The position numbers and the translations under genes are program-made. This document shows positions 1 to 8,772 of a stretch of DNA of 56,343 bases, in pieces (position 1 is the stretch's first letter; the number at the start of each line of letters is the position of its first letter). Origin of the DNA: Methylovirgula sp. (GTDB lineage: Bacteria; Pseudomonadota; Alphaproteobacteria; Rhizobiales; Beijerinckiaceae). Under the pieces are notes generated by a model that saw nothing but the letters and a program-made list of their open reading frames with translations, had not been told where the DNA came from and made no database searches. The DNA lies in the NCBI GenBank assembly GCA_043784625.1, contig JAYVYB010000144.1:1-56343 (forward strand). Reading direction: 5' to 3'.

Positions 1-500
1 CGAGGCGAAATATTTAAGTATGCAGCGCGCTTCAATTCAGAAGTTGATATGTCTACAGTCCCATCCTCTAATATTAACTCATTACGGTTCAGCAAGATAT
101 CTTCGAAACCAGCATGCCAAAGCTTCATCGTTGCATCGGGGATGCCGGTGGTCACAAACAGCGTCACAGGCGCGTTATGTTTGCGGAAAAGCGGAACGAC
201 TTCCTCAAACGTGTCTCGATAGCAGTCATCGACTGAAAAATTTACGAATTTCTTGTGTAACTTTCCACCCGGTTTTACTCGTTCGGTTGCCTCGTCAAGA
301 GTGACAATGTCCCAACCGCTGTCAGCGAGATAGGCGAGTAAGTTATCGAGAAATTCCAGATTTAGATAGAAATCCCGATTTGGAAGTGAACGCCATCTGT
401 CCACAGACGCCCCGCGATGAAACGTGAAGAGACATCCGCGCGGACTCAGCGCTTCGCTGCACGCCCGTAAAAACGGTAGCGCCACTGTTGCGATGTTCAT
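1..500 (-). CDS. polysaccharide deacetylase family protein (NodB-homology); 5' portion only, gene runs off the left edge
   Basis: Not in the ORF track because no stop lies inside the window. My reverse-strand translation from ATG 500-498 gives MNIATVALPFLRACSEAL...GKLHKKFVNFSVDDCYRDTFEEVVPLFRKHNAPVTLFVTTGIPDAT... F-x-x-DD-x-x-x-D followed by P-x-T-x-F is the NodB-type deacetylase signature. The ATG overlaps the TGA (497-499) of the upstream flippase gene (ATGA). Visibly AT-rich: about 40-42% GC in the first two 60-nt lines by hand count. Confidence 0.55.
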   Translation of the reverse strand, partial: MNIATVALPFLRACSEALSPRGCLFTFHRGASVDRWRSLPNRDFYLNLEFLDNLLAYLADSGWDIVTLDEATERVKPGGKLHKKFVNFSVDDCYRDTFEEVVPLFRKHNAPVTLFVTTGIPDATMKLWHAGFEDILLNRNELILEDGTVDISTSELKRAAYLNISP

Positions 501-2074
501 AGCGCGCCCCCAGTAAATCGATTTAGAAATTTCAGAGATTTTCTAAAAAAAGCACTGGTAACGCGAGGAGCCAAAACCGCGCCACCAATCAGGCACGAGA
601 AAAGGCAGGCGACACCTGCCGCTCCAAGTCTTTGTAAAGAGCCGGAAAATATTTCCAGGATGGCAAATCCGCTTACAGCCATAATTGTTGCCGGAATTGC
701 AGCCAAAATTAACAAATGCAATAATGTGAGAGTGCATCTCATCGCGAGAGCGGTGGCGAATAGTAAGACAAAGCCGCGAATTGCCTCACTAAAACCTAAT
801 AGAAACGGGCCAAACTCCCGCAACGCTGGAACTGTCGAAAACAGCAGGTTCGTCGCAAGATTTGACAAATATGCCATCACCAAAATAAGTCCCGCAGTCT
901 TGTTTCGACCTAATGAGTTTAACATCCTTAATAAGATCCAACCCAACGTTGTTGCCCAAAGCCCTACGGCGATGCCACGCATCGCCTGACCGGTAAGCTG
1001 AACTGCCGCTTCATTAAAAGCACCTCGGGAAAATACTAGGCGGGCTAAGTCCGGGGCAAACATGCCCAAACAAACCGACGCGGGGATTGCTATTGCTAGC
1101 AAAGGTCGCGCTATACTTTGCATTCGTGAATTGTAGTCGGTGGTCGGGGCGCTGGAAAGCAGCGCGAGCCCAAGTGGCTGGCTTACAAAAAGCACCGCGC
1201 TATCTGTTATTGTGCGCGCATAATCGAGAGAAGCTACGGCTCCCACCGCCAACCGCGATGCCAATATGCGTTCAAACCAAACGTTGGCTTGATCAGAAAC
1301 CGGAACAGCGAGCAGCGGTCGAAGCCGAAGCCAAAATTGATGCAACTGGTGGCCGACGTCAGCAATCTTTAGTCCCTTGAAGTCAAGAGAACCATCCCAG
1401 ATCAATGTCAGCAGCCCCCATACTCCGAGAGCGTTAAAAGCAAACGCAACCGCCCAGGCGAGAGCGCCACGCCATTCCGTGAGAACAAGAATGAGCAACC
1501 CGACAATGACCGAAATATTCAGCAAACTGGCACGAAGAGAGGTTAGCCTAGGGCGCCCTAGTGCAATCTCTCCGGAGGCAAGAACGTTAAGCAAGACGGA
1601 AGCCGGCATTCCGAGCGCCATGACCCGCAAAAAGTCCAGTGTTATCTGTTGAGCTTCGGCGGCAAAGCCTCCGACCATCAATCTGACGAACAGCGCTCCA
1701 AACCCGATGACAAGGGACATGATTGCAATGCCAACCAAACTTAACGCCACGGTTAACGCAGCAAACTGCTTCGGCGCATTGCCTTGATTTTGCCATTCGC
1801 GATACATGGGAATGAGGATGGTGGGGACGCTCTCATTTTGCAGCAATGCAAGCGGCAAAAATGTACCGGTAACTGCTGCTCGAAAGCCGTCAGCAACCAT
1901 TGAGGCGCCGAACACATGAGCCATCGAAATTTCACGCACAAAACCTAGAGCTTTGCTAAAAATAGCCCCAGCCATCAGCAAAAGCGCAAGCTTTCGTCCC
2001 GACCGCGCACCTTGAGGTTGATCAGATGCCGGGTTGGGAGTCGAATTCTGTGATTCCGGCATCAACATAAGCAT
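497..2074 (-). CDS. MurJ/MviN-like MOP-superfamily flippase (lipid-linked oligosaccharide export)
   Basis: ORF 497..2335. RKLALLLMAGAIFSKALGFVREISMAHVFGASMVADGFRAAV resembles the MurJ N-terminus, and the rest is polytopic membrane protein. The longest ORF would overlap the upstream gene by 127 nt, so I start at Met88 (MLMLMPESQ, ATG 2074-2072). A start at 2335 remains possible. Confidence 0.65.
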   Translation of the reverse strand: MLMLMPESQNSTPNPASDQPQGARSGRKLALLLMAGAIFSKALGFVREISMAHVFGASMVADGFRAAVTGTFLPLALLQNESVPTILIPMYREWQNQGNAPKQFAALTVALSLVGIAIMSLVIGFGALFVRLMVGGFAAEAQQITLDFLRVMALGMPASVLLNVLASGEIALGRPRLTSLRASLLNISVIVGLLILVLTEWRGALAWAVAFAFNALGVWGLLTLIWDGSLDFKGLKIADVGHQLHQFWLRLRPLLAVPVSDQANVWFERILASRLAVGAVASLDYARTITDSAVLFVSQPLGLALLSSAPTTDYNSRMQSIARPLLAIAIPASVCLGMFAPDLARLVFSRGAFNEAAVQLTGQAMRGIAVGLWATTLGWILLRMLNSLGRNKTAGLILVMAYLSNLATNLLFSTVPALREFGPFLLGFSEAIRGFVLLFATALAMRCTLTLLHLLILAAIPATIMAVSGFAILEIFSGSLQRLGAAGVACLFSCLIGGAVLAPRVTSAFFRKSLKFLNRFTGGAL

Positions 2075-2208
2075 CGCAACATCCGCTTCGTCGGCGGCGG
2101 CGTCAGACGAGGACACCAAGCCTGACGGACGGTTCGGCAACCATTTCGAAATCCATTTTCGCCAATTAGAATCAGCTCTTTCTGGCTTGGAATTGGGGTC
2201 AGGCAGGG

Positions 2209-3606
2209 TCACCAATGATCCGATCCAGTAACTTGCGTACGAGAGGCCGGAAGCAAAACTGCGAAAGCCCAGAATAAAAACGCCAACTCCCCCGATAAAA
2301 ACCCCGACAGGGGCATTTGCACGAGGGCGCCGCATCCCAACGCTCCTACAACGACACCGGTACGTTTTTCACTCGACAATGCCGCCACAATGGCATTTGA
2401 CGCCGCCCAAACGCAGGCAGACAGGCACACCAACCCAACGACAATGCCCATACTCAGCCAACAAGAAATGATCATGCCATCTACAGCCACTGTTCCCGCT
2501 GAGCCCACGTCGACCACAGAATAGCCAGAACCAATCAAACCCGAATCGGGTTTATTCCAAAGCCAGGTGAACTGTTCTAAGCGCTCTCTTGCGCTGCCAT
2601 CGTCGGATCCTTGCCCAAGTGTAGCAAGTCGATCAGTGATAACGTCTCCAAAGGGGGTGAGCATGGCAATGAAAATGACTGCAACAATTCCTAGAATTGA
2701 AAATCCGGCGCGCTGCCGCGTAGGAGCAAATAGCAAACAGAAGCCGATAGCCGCAGCCATAACCAGCCACGCGGTGCGATATTGCGATAATAGCAGGGCG
2801 ATGGCCGCTGGAGCGGTCAGGATTAAAGGCAATATTCCGCCGCGCAAAAACAAAACCAAGATCAAGCCAACCGTCGTGAAAGTTGCGAAGCTGGCCGGGC
2901 CATTCATCACGCTATAGGTGCGAATGAGATAGGGCAATGGCTGTCCAGCCGAGAGAATGGTGGCGTATTTCATCCAGTAGCGATCCCAATCGGGCGGGTC
3001 AACATACTGATAAATCCCATAAATTCCCATTAATGGCAAAATCACGAGAAAAACCGAAGTTGCCGCTTCGATCATTCTGTCAGGGTCTTCCGCACGCATC
3101 AAAACGCTCGCGCCGTAAATCAGAGGCGCAATTGACTTCACGGTTCCGGACGCGGCATTGCTGAAATCACCAAGAAAAATTGTCAGGGCGGAGCCGTACA
3201 ACACACAAAATCCAACGATGACGAGGGGTACGATTTGCAAATTTGCAAAGGGCTTCCGTTCAAAATAGCCCGCCAGCGAAATTCCTGGGACAGTGATCGC
3301 CAGCAATGGGCCGATGAGCATGATGCTGCTGAAGTCGAATCCAACAGTCAAATCGACGTATCGGCGCACGAATGACACAAAGCAAAACAGCACGAGTGCC
3401 GTTTGCAAATGCGAGGCCGCGCTTTGACGCCACGCATAGTAGCCCACCGCGCCGCAACCCGCGACAAAAAGCGGGCGCGACAACGCGCCAAATGCCGGGC
3501 CGATCAACAACGTAATAATCAGCAAGCCTGCCGCGAGCAGCCATCCCGGAACGGTCAGCCTTGCCCGATCTTCCACAAGTTTGTCGGTTGAGCCGGTCGC
3601 AAGCAT
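2209..3606 (-). CDS. O-antigen ligase/polymerase-like (Wzy-type) integral membrane protein
   Basis: ORF 2209..3609, about 465 aa with roughly 10-12 hydrophobic helices, one larger loop and no soluble domain. It lies between the flippase and GT genes. The track start at 3609 is a TTG; the ATG at 3606-3604 overlaps the upstream TGA by 1 nt (TGATG). The family call rests on architecture and context only. Confidence 0.55.
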   Translation of the reverse strand: MLATGSTDKLVEDRARLTVPGWLLAAGLLIITLLIGPAFGALSRPLFVAGCGAVGYYAWRQSAASHLQTALVLFCFVSFVRRYVDLTVGFDFSSIMLIGPLLAITVPGISLAGYFERKPFANLQIVPLVIVGFCVLYGSALTIFLGDFSNAASGTVKSIAPLIYGASVLMRAEDPDRMIEAATSVFLVILPLMGIYGIYQYVDPPDWDRYWMKYATILSAGQPLPYLIRTYSVMNGPASFATFTTVGLILVLFLRGGILPLILTAPAAIALLLSQYRTAWLVMAAAIGFCLLFAPTRQRAGFSILGIVAVIFIAMLTPFGDVITDRLATLGQGSDDGSARERLEQFTWLWNKPDSGLIGSGYSVVDVGSAGTVAVDGMIISCWLSMGIVVGLVCLSACVWAASNAIVAALSSEKRTGVVVGALGCGALVQMPLSGFLSGELAFLFWAFAVLLPASRTQVTGSDHW

Positions 3607-4760
3607 CAAGACAACCCTCCCGGAGCAAGATCTTGAACCAAATCGCGGATTGAAGTTTGCATCCCTGCCACAGCATAAACGGTTTCGGCACGTTGTTGTG
3701 CGTAATCCAATTGGCCCGCAAAGCGCGGGGCGTCAGCGATTACGTTTTGAATGGCTGCGGCAAGCGCATCAACATCACCCGCCGCCACGAGACCACCCGC
3801 GTTGCCATTTTCCAGAATCTCGCCGCTGGCTCCGGCGTCGCTGGCAATGACCGGCACATGTGCCAACATTGCCTCAACCAAGGTGAGGCCAAACGGTTCC
3901 GCATCCACAGAAGGGTGTACAACGATGTCCATCGCGCGCATCAACTGTTGCACATCGCCTCTCTGCCCCAGAAACTTCACGCGGCTTTCCACTTGAAGCT
4001 CACGAACAAGCTGTTGCAACTTCGCGGCATAGGCTTGCTCGCCGAACAGTGCGTCTCCGGCAATGATCGCCGTCACCTGAGGACATTGGGCAACCGCGCG
4101 AATGACAATATCCTGCCCTTTCCACGCGGCTAACCTGCTGAAAACGCCGATCAACGGGCCATCGGGCAAGGACAGCTCTGTCCGCAATTGCGATTTTGAG
4201 CGCGATTCGGAAACTGCGGTGACGCCATTGGCAACCACCTTGACAAGAGCGGCGCGTCCGCCAGCCGCAACGAAGGCGTCAGCTGCCGCCAAAGAAGGCA
4301 CGATAACCAGTTTGGCGAACCGATTTGCCAGGAACACCTGCATTTTGAGCTGCTTGGCACCAAAATGCGCCTCACTTAAAATGTCGTGCAGGTGCCAGAC
4401 TAAATTTTTGCGGGTAAACATGCAGGACAGCGCGCTAAGCGTAAACGCTTTTTGTGAATTCGCATAAATAACGTCATATGCGCGTGTTTCGGTTCTGAGC
4501 TCCCAAACAAGGCGCGCGAGACCCGCCAGCAGTGGAAACGCGGCAGACAGCGAATTTGAGCGACGTACTCCGGCTAGATTTTGTCCGTGCACAGCCACTT
4601 TTACGCTCAATCCTGATGAGCGAAGCAAACCGGCCAAAGCGCCCTCTTCAAATACAAACGCTGCTGCATTTGGAAACGCTTTGACAACATCCACCAAAAC
4701 ACGTTCAGCGCCTGAAACTGCGCCGGTGTGACTAACAAAGACTATGCGGGGCGAAAGCAT
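3606..4760 (-). CDS. glycosyltransferase family 4 (GT-B)
   Basis: ORF 3606..4763. VVHPSVDAEPFGLTLVEAMLAHVPVIASDAGASGEIL is the GT4 E-x7-E donor-binding signature. The ATG at 4760-4758 overlaps the upstream TGA by 1 nt (TGATG); the track start at 4763 is a TTG. Confidence 0.8.
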   Translation of the reverse strand: MLSPRIVFVSHTGAVSGAERVLVDVVKAFPNAAAFVFEEGALAGLLRSSGLSVKVAVHGQNLAGVRRSNSLSAAFPLLAGLARLVWELRTETRAYDVIYANSQKAFTLSALSCMFTRKNLVWHLHDILSEAHFGAKQLKMQVFLANRFAKLVIVPSLAAADAFVAAGGRAALVKVVANGVTAVSESRSKSQLRTELSLPDGPLIGVFSRLAAWKGQDIVIRAVAQCPQVTAIIAGDALFGEQAYAAKLQQLVRELQVESRVKFLGQRGDVQQLMRAMDIVVHPSVDAEPFGLTLVEAMLAHVPVIASDAGASGEILENGNAGGLVAAGDVDALAAAIQNVIADAPRFAGQLDYAQQRAETVYAVAGMQTSIRDLVQDLAPGGLS

Positions 4761-6943
4761 CAACTTGCCCGGGCAAAAGCCGGCGCAGACGAGGAGCGCT
4801 TTTCGTAAAGCCCCTGTCGCGCCGTATCAACCATGGTCATGACAACCCCAACCACATGCCCGCCCGCAGTCTGCATGTCCCTCGCTATCGCGGAAACGTC
4901 AGCGATATCAGCTGAGCCCCAACGGGCGCAATAAATCACGCCGTCGACGCTGCCAGCAATGAGGCGGGCGTCCGGCTTGGACAAGGCGGAAGAACTGTCC
5001 AAAATTACAAGATCAAAGCGCTTTGCCCACAGCAACACGCTCTCGAGGTTATCGCCTGCCAACAATTCGCTGGAACTTACAACTGCCTGCCCGGCTGGAA
5101 TGACGAAGAGATTGGCGGTGTCAGTGGCAAAAATTGCCTCTTGCGGCTTTATTTTCTTGCGCAAGACCCCGGCCATGCCTTCTGAATCTGCCAAATTAAA
5201 CAATTTTGCAAACACCGGACGCTGAAAGTCACATTCCATAACCAAAACGCGTCGCCCAGCAAGCGCTGCTGTTTGCGCCAGAGCCAAGGCGGTGAACGTG
5301 CGACCCTCTTGAGGCGCGGCTGAACTTATTAAAACCGATTGCACATTTTTGGGCATGCCCTTCACGCGAAGGGAGGCAAAAACGCCATCCGTTGCCGAAA
5401 GGAAGCCCGCATCGGTTTTCGCGGCCGCCAGCGCCTCCGATAAGGGCAAGTCCGTCTGACCAGCTACCATATTCGAAAGACTGCGCCGGTTTGAACGCAA
5501 AAGCGGCAGCTCGGCGATAACAGGAAAACCTGTGCCGGAACTCAGCGCGGTGGCGCTGCGCAACCCCTGATCTTTTCGATCCAACATCATCGCCAAAGCA
5601 AACCCCAGAAGGGCGCCAAGGGTTAAACCGCCTGCCAGAAATGGAATTTTCTTGGGAAAAAACGGGATAATCGGCAGCTCCGCCAAACTTACGAGGCGCG
5701 TACTGCCTGCGAGCACGCGTTTTTGTGTTTCGAGATCGCCGACCTTCTTCGTCAGTTCAGTGTATTGCGTCCGTTTGATTTCCGCGTCCCGCACCAAATC
5801 TGCGATCGAGGCCTCGTCGTCGGATGCGGTACCGGCGTCGGACTGAACTTTGCCCAGTTGCTGCCGCAGGCTGGAAACAGTGGCATTCGCCGCGTCAAAA
5901 TTGCGCTGGGCACTGGCGGCAATGGAGTTCATTTCCTGATCAAGCCGCCGCCGCAACGAGTCTTGTTCTTGCTGCAAAGCAATAAGCGAGGGGTGTTTTG
6001 GCCCTAATGTGGCGGCATTGCTGGCGATTAGCCCTGCAATTGTTGCCATTTGTTGCTTTAGGTCCCCGACAGTCCGGCTGGCGATCACCGTCGGCAAATC
6101 TGTCAGACCGGAACTTTTCGCTTTTTTGACTTCGTTCAAACGCGCCAAGGCCTCGGCCCGCGCCGATTCTGCCAGATTCAGACTTTGGCTGGCACTGGAA
6201 AGCCGCTCCGAGCTGATGGGCGCAACCCCGCCCTTTACCAATCCATTTTTGCGTCGAAAGGCCTGGATGCGGTCTTCATCATCTTTCAACGATCCCTGCA
6301 ACTGAACCAACTGTTGCTTGAGCCAATTGGCCGCTTCTTCACGATTGTGGATGGCGGCGGCGCGTCGATCTCCCAAAAAAGCGTTGGTAAGCGCGTTCGC
6401 CATAGTTTGGGCCACTTCGGCAATTGGTGAGTCATACGAGATGTTGATGACGCGAGAGCGTCCGACAGCTGAAATCGAATAGTGCTGCTGAATCTGTTCA
6501 AGCAGCTTGTCGTTGGTTTTCACATCGCCTGTGCAAGACGCGTCTGCACCCAGCGGGATTATGCCGAACAGCTTCGATGTTCCGCGGGCCTGACATTCAC
6601 GAAGAATCGCCGATTGCGCCTCCGGAGTTTCTACCGCCAGTCTTAAAACCCGCGCGGCTTTGATCAGCAGTATCTGGCTTTCCATGTCCGCAGGATCGCC
6701 TAATTTGTCCGCGCCGCTAGGAGCCTGCGCATCAAGACCGATTTCGGGCTCTGCAACGATGACCGAGCCAATTGCCACATAACGAGTCTGAATGACCATT
6801 AATGCCAGAACAGCCAGCAGCAACGTGCCCAAAAAAGCGCTCAAAAACGCAGTTTTGTGCCTGAGCAGAATCGAAATGAAGTCATTCCTCGGCTTCGGGA
6901 CTCTATGTGGTGCCTGCGCGGACAAAGACTCCTGATGTTGCAT
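4760..6943 (-). CDS. polysaccharide co-polymerase / chain-length determinant with C-terminal P-loop domain (Wzc/ExoP/GumC-like)
   Basis: 727 aa. N-terminal TM helix (FLSAFLGTLLLAVLALMVI), a long coiled-coil periplasmic region, a second TM helix (IPFLAGGLTLGALLGFALAMML), then a BY-kinase-like domain (LISSAAPQEGRTFTALALA...VLVMECDFQRP...FDLVILDSSS). The Walker A is degenerate (see findings). Confidence 0.75.
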   Translation of the reverse strand: MQHQESLSAQAPHRVPKPRNDFISILLRHKTAFLSAFLGTLLLAVLALMVIQTRYVAIGSVIVAEPEIGLDAQAPSGADKLGDPADMESQILLIKAARVLRLAVETPEAQSAILRECQARGTSKLFGIIPLGADASCTGDVKTNDKLLEQIQQHYSISAVGRSRVINISYDSPIAEVAQTMANALTNAFLGDRRAAAIHNREEAANWLKQQLVQLQGSLKDDEDRIQAFRRKNGLVKGGVAPISSERLSSASQSLNLAESARAEALARLNEVKKAKSSGLTDLPTVIASRTVGDLKQQMATIAGLIASNAATLGPKHPSLIALQQEQDSLRRRLDQEMNSIAASAQRNFDAANATVSSLRQQLGKVQSDAGTASDDEASIADLVRDAEIKRTQYTELTKKVGDLETQKRVLAGSTRLVSLAELPIIPFFPKKIPFLAGGLTLGALLGFALAMMLDRKDQGLRSATALSSGTGFPVIAELPLLRSNRRSLSNMVAGQTDLPLSEALAAAKTDAGFLSATDGVFASLRVKGMPKNVQSVLISSAAPQEGRTFTALALAQTAALAGRRVLVMECDFQRPVFAKLFNLADSEGMAGVLRKKIKPQEAIFATDTANLFVIPAGQAVVSSSELLAGDNLESVLLWAKRFDLVILDSSSALSKPDARLIAGSVDGVIYCARWGSADIADVSAIARDMQTAGGHVVGVVMTMVDTARQGLYEKRSSSAPAFARAS

Positions 6944-8118
6944 CAGACCATCTCATGTTCATGGGCAGCCGGAGCTTTTTCATTATTTGGGACCAAAGGG
7001 GCGTGAACGCGATCAAACTGCTCCTGCACGAAAGTTTTGATTTCATCGCGAAAGCGGGCGGCGGAAAACCGTTCGGCTTGTTTGCGGCAGGATTGGCGCG
7101 AAAATTCACCCTCAATGGCGATAAATGCGCGCACACAGGCTGCAATATTTTGCGGCTGAGGTTCTGAAAAAAACATGCCGGTTTTATCAATACCGGTGGA
7201 TTTCACCGTTTCGAGCGCACCGCCACGCCCCAGCGCCAGCACCGGTGTGCCTTCCGCCTGCGCTTCAACCGGAATAATGCCGAAATCTTCCTCTGCGGCG
7301 AAAATAAAAGCGCGGGCGGTGGTCATAAGGTCGCGCATTTTCGCGTCGGTGACAAAGCCCTCGAATGTCACGTTCGGCCCGGCCATCTCCTTCAGCTTTT
7401 TGGCATCCGGCCCGTCGCCTGCAACGGTGAGTTTCAGATGCGGAAGCTCCGCAAACGCCTTCACAATCACATCAATATTTTTGTAAGGCACCAAACGACT
7501 GGCCACCAGAAAATGGTCGCCGCGCGGCACATCTTCCGACGCAGCGGACAAGTCAACCGGCGGATTGATCACCTTGGCGACCCGGCCATAAATCTTCAAA
7601 ATGCGGCGTGCGACAAAGCCTGAATTGGCGATCATCGCGTCGGGCCCGTGGGCGGTGCGCACATCCCAGATGCGCATGTGATACAGGATTATCCGCGCGA
7701 TAATGCTGCGAAGGCCTTTATCCGCCCCGGATTGGCGCAAATAAGCGTGCTGCAAATCCCAGGCATAGCGCATGGGCGAGTGGACATAGGCGACGTGAAC
7801 CTGGTTTGGCCCGGTCAGAATGCCCTTGGCAACCGCATAGCTGCTGGACACCACCAGATCATATTCAGAAAAATCCAACTGCTCGATGGCCAGCGGCATG
7901 AGCGGTAGATAGGCGCGATGCTTTTTGGCGATAAACGGCATCCGCTGCAAAAAGCTGGTTTTTACCGTGGAAATACCAATTTTTTTGCGGTCTTGCTCGG
8001 TTAGAACGTCAAAAAGGCAAAAAACATCGGCACCGGGATAGCATTTGAGCAGCTCGCTCAACACACGCTCCGCGCCGCCGATCACGTATAACCAGTCATG
8101 GACAATAGCCACACGCAT
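6943..8118 (-). CDS. glycosyltransferase family 4 (GT-B), first gene of the EPS operon
   Basis: 391 aa. MRVAIVHDWLYVIGGAERVL N-terminus and FIFAAEEDFGIIPVEAQAEGTPVLALGRGGALETV E-x7-E motif. The stop overlaps the next ATG by 1 nt. Confidence 0.8.
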   Translation of the reverse strand: MRVAIVHDWLYVIGGAERVLSELLKCYPGADVFCLFDVLTEQDRKKIGISTVKTSFLQRMPFIAKKHRAYLPLMPLAIEQLDFSEYDLVVSSSYAVAKGILTGPNQVHVAYVHSPMRYAWDLQHAYLRQSGADKGLRSIIARIILYHMRIWDVRTAHGPDAMIANSGFVARRILKIYGRVAKVINPPVDLSAASEDVPRGDHFLVASRLVPYKNIDVIVKAFAELPHLKLTVAGDGPDAKKLKEMAGPNVTFEGFVTDAKMRDLMTTARAFIFAAEEDFGIIPVEAQAEGTPVLALGRGGALETVKSTGIDKTGMFFSEPQPQNIAACVRAFIAIEGEFSRQSCRKQAERFSAARFRDEIKTFVQEQFDRVHAPLVPNNEKAPAAHEHEMV

Positions 8119-8520
8119 ACCAAAAGCCTTTAACAGAACGCAAACATCGAAATTTAGACCAAAATTAGAGCAACCGGGTTAAATCTTTCATAAGCCAAGC
8201 TGACAAAGGCGACCTCATCAGTGGCGCAATAAGCGCAGTCAAAATCGTTTTGTGCGAATTTGCCACCGATCTCAACTCTTGGTTAAGATTCATATCCGCC
8301 GCAAAATTCAGTCAAAATTGTGTAAAATGCAGCCTTTTCGCGCTTGAATTTGCCTGCTTGGTGCAGCAATTAACCAAAAAGCACCAAACACAACTGAAGT
8401 GCGAAGGCCGCGTTAACGCATTTCCGGGCACTGATTTTGTGGTTTGTTTACGAACTGAAGATATCGTTTTGCGACGAACAACATCACTGCCGCCAGTGAT
8501 AAACCTATCGGGGAACTTCA

Positions 8521-8772
8521 ATGGTCGAAGAAATTCGGCAGCTTATTGCCAAACACTGCAAAATGCCGACGGATGTTGTGACGCTTTCGGACACATCTGA
8601 CCTTTACGCCGCCGGTTTAAGCTCGTTTGCATCGGTGCAACTGATGCTGGCACTGGAAAACCACTACGACATCGAATTTCCCGAGACCATGCTCAACCGC
8701 AAAACCTTTTCCAGCATTGCGGCAATTGAGGCGGCGCTCAAACAAATCCTTCCAGCCGGAGCCGCAGCATGA
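8521..8772 (+). CDS. acyl/aminoacyl carrier protein (phosphopantetheine-binding)
   Basis: 83 aa. DLYAAGLSSFASVQLMLALE carries the carrier-protein GLxS attachment serine at the start of helix 2. GGGGA lies upstream of the ATG. The stop overlaps the next ATG (ATGA 8769-8772). Confidence 0.8.
   Translation: MVEEIRQLIAKHCKMPTDVVTLSDTSDLYAAGLSSFASVQLMLALENHYDIEFPETMLNRKTFSSIAAIEAALKQILPAGAAA

Noticed and set aside
20-304. 94-aa plus-strand ORF at the left edge.
   Set aside because: It lies antisense to the NodB-like deacetylase frame, which has clear motifs and operon coupling. The plus-strand product has no recognisable features.
2075-2335. N-terminal extensions of longest ORFs: flippase to 2335, rbsK to 17566, ung from 23202, rhaD to 27576, rhaQ from 32204, rhaK from 33623, rpiR from 35134, deoC to 39831, GatD-like to 43306, SBP to 50369.
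   Set aside because: The extensions overlap the neighbouring gene or its stop and lack family-typical sequence. Internal ATGs give canonical N-termini, SD sequences or ATGA/TGATG coupling. The longer forms cannot be fully excluded without proteomics.
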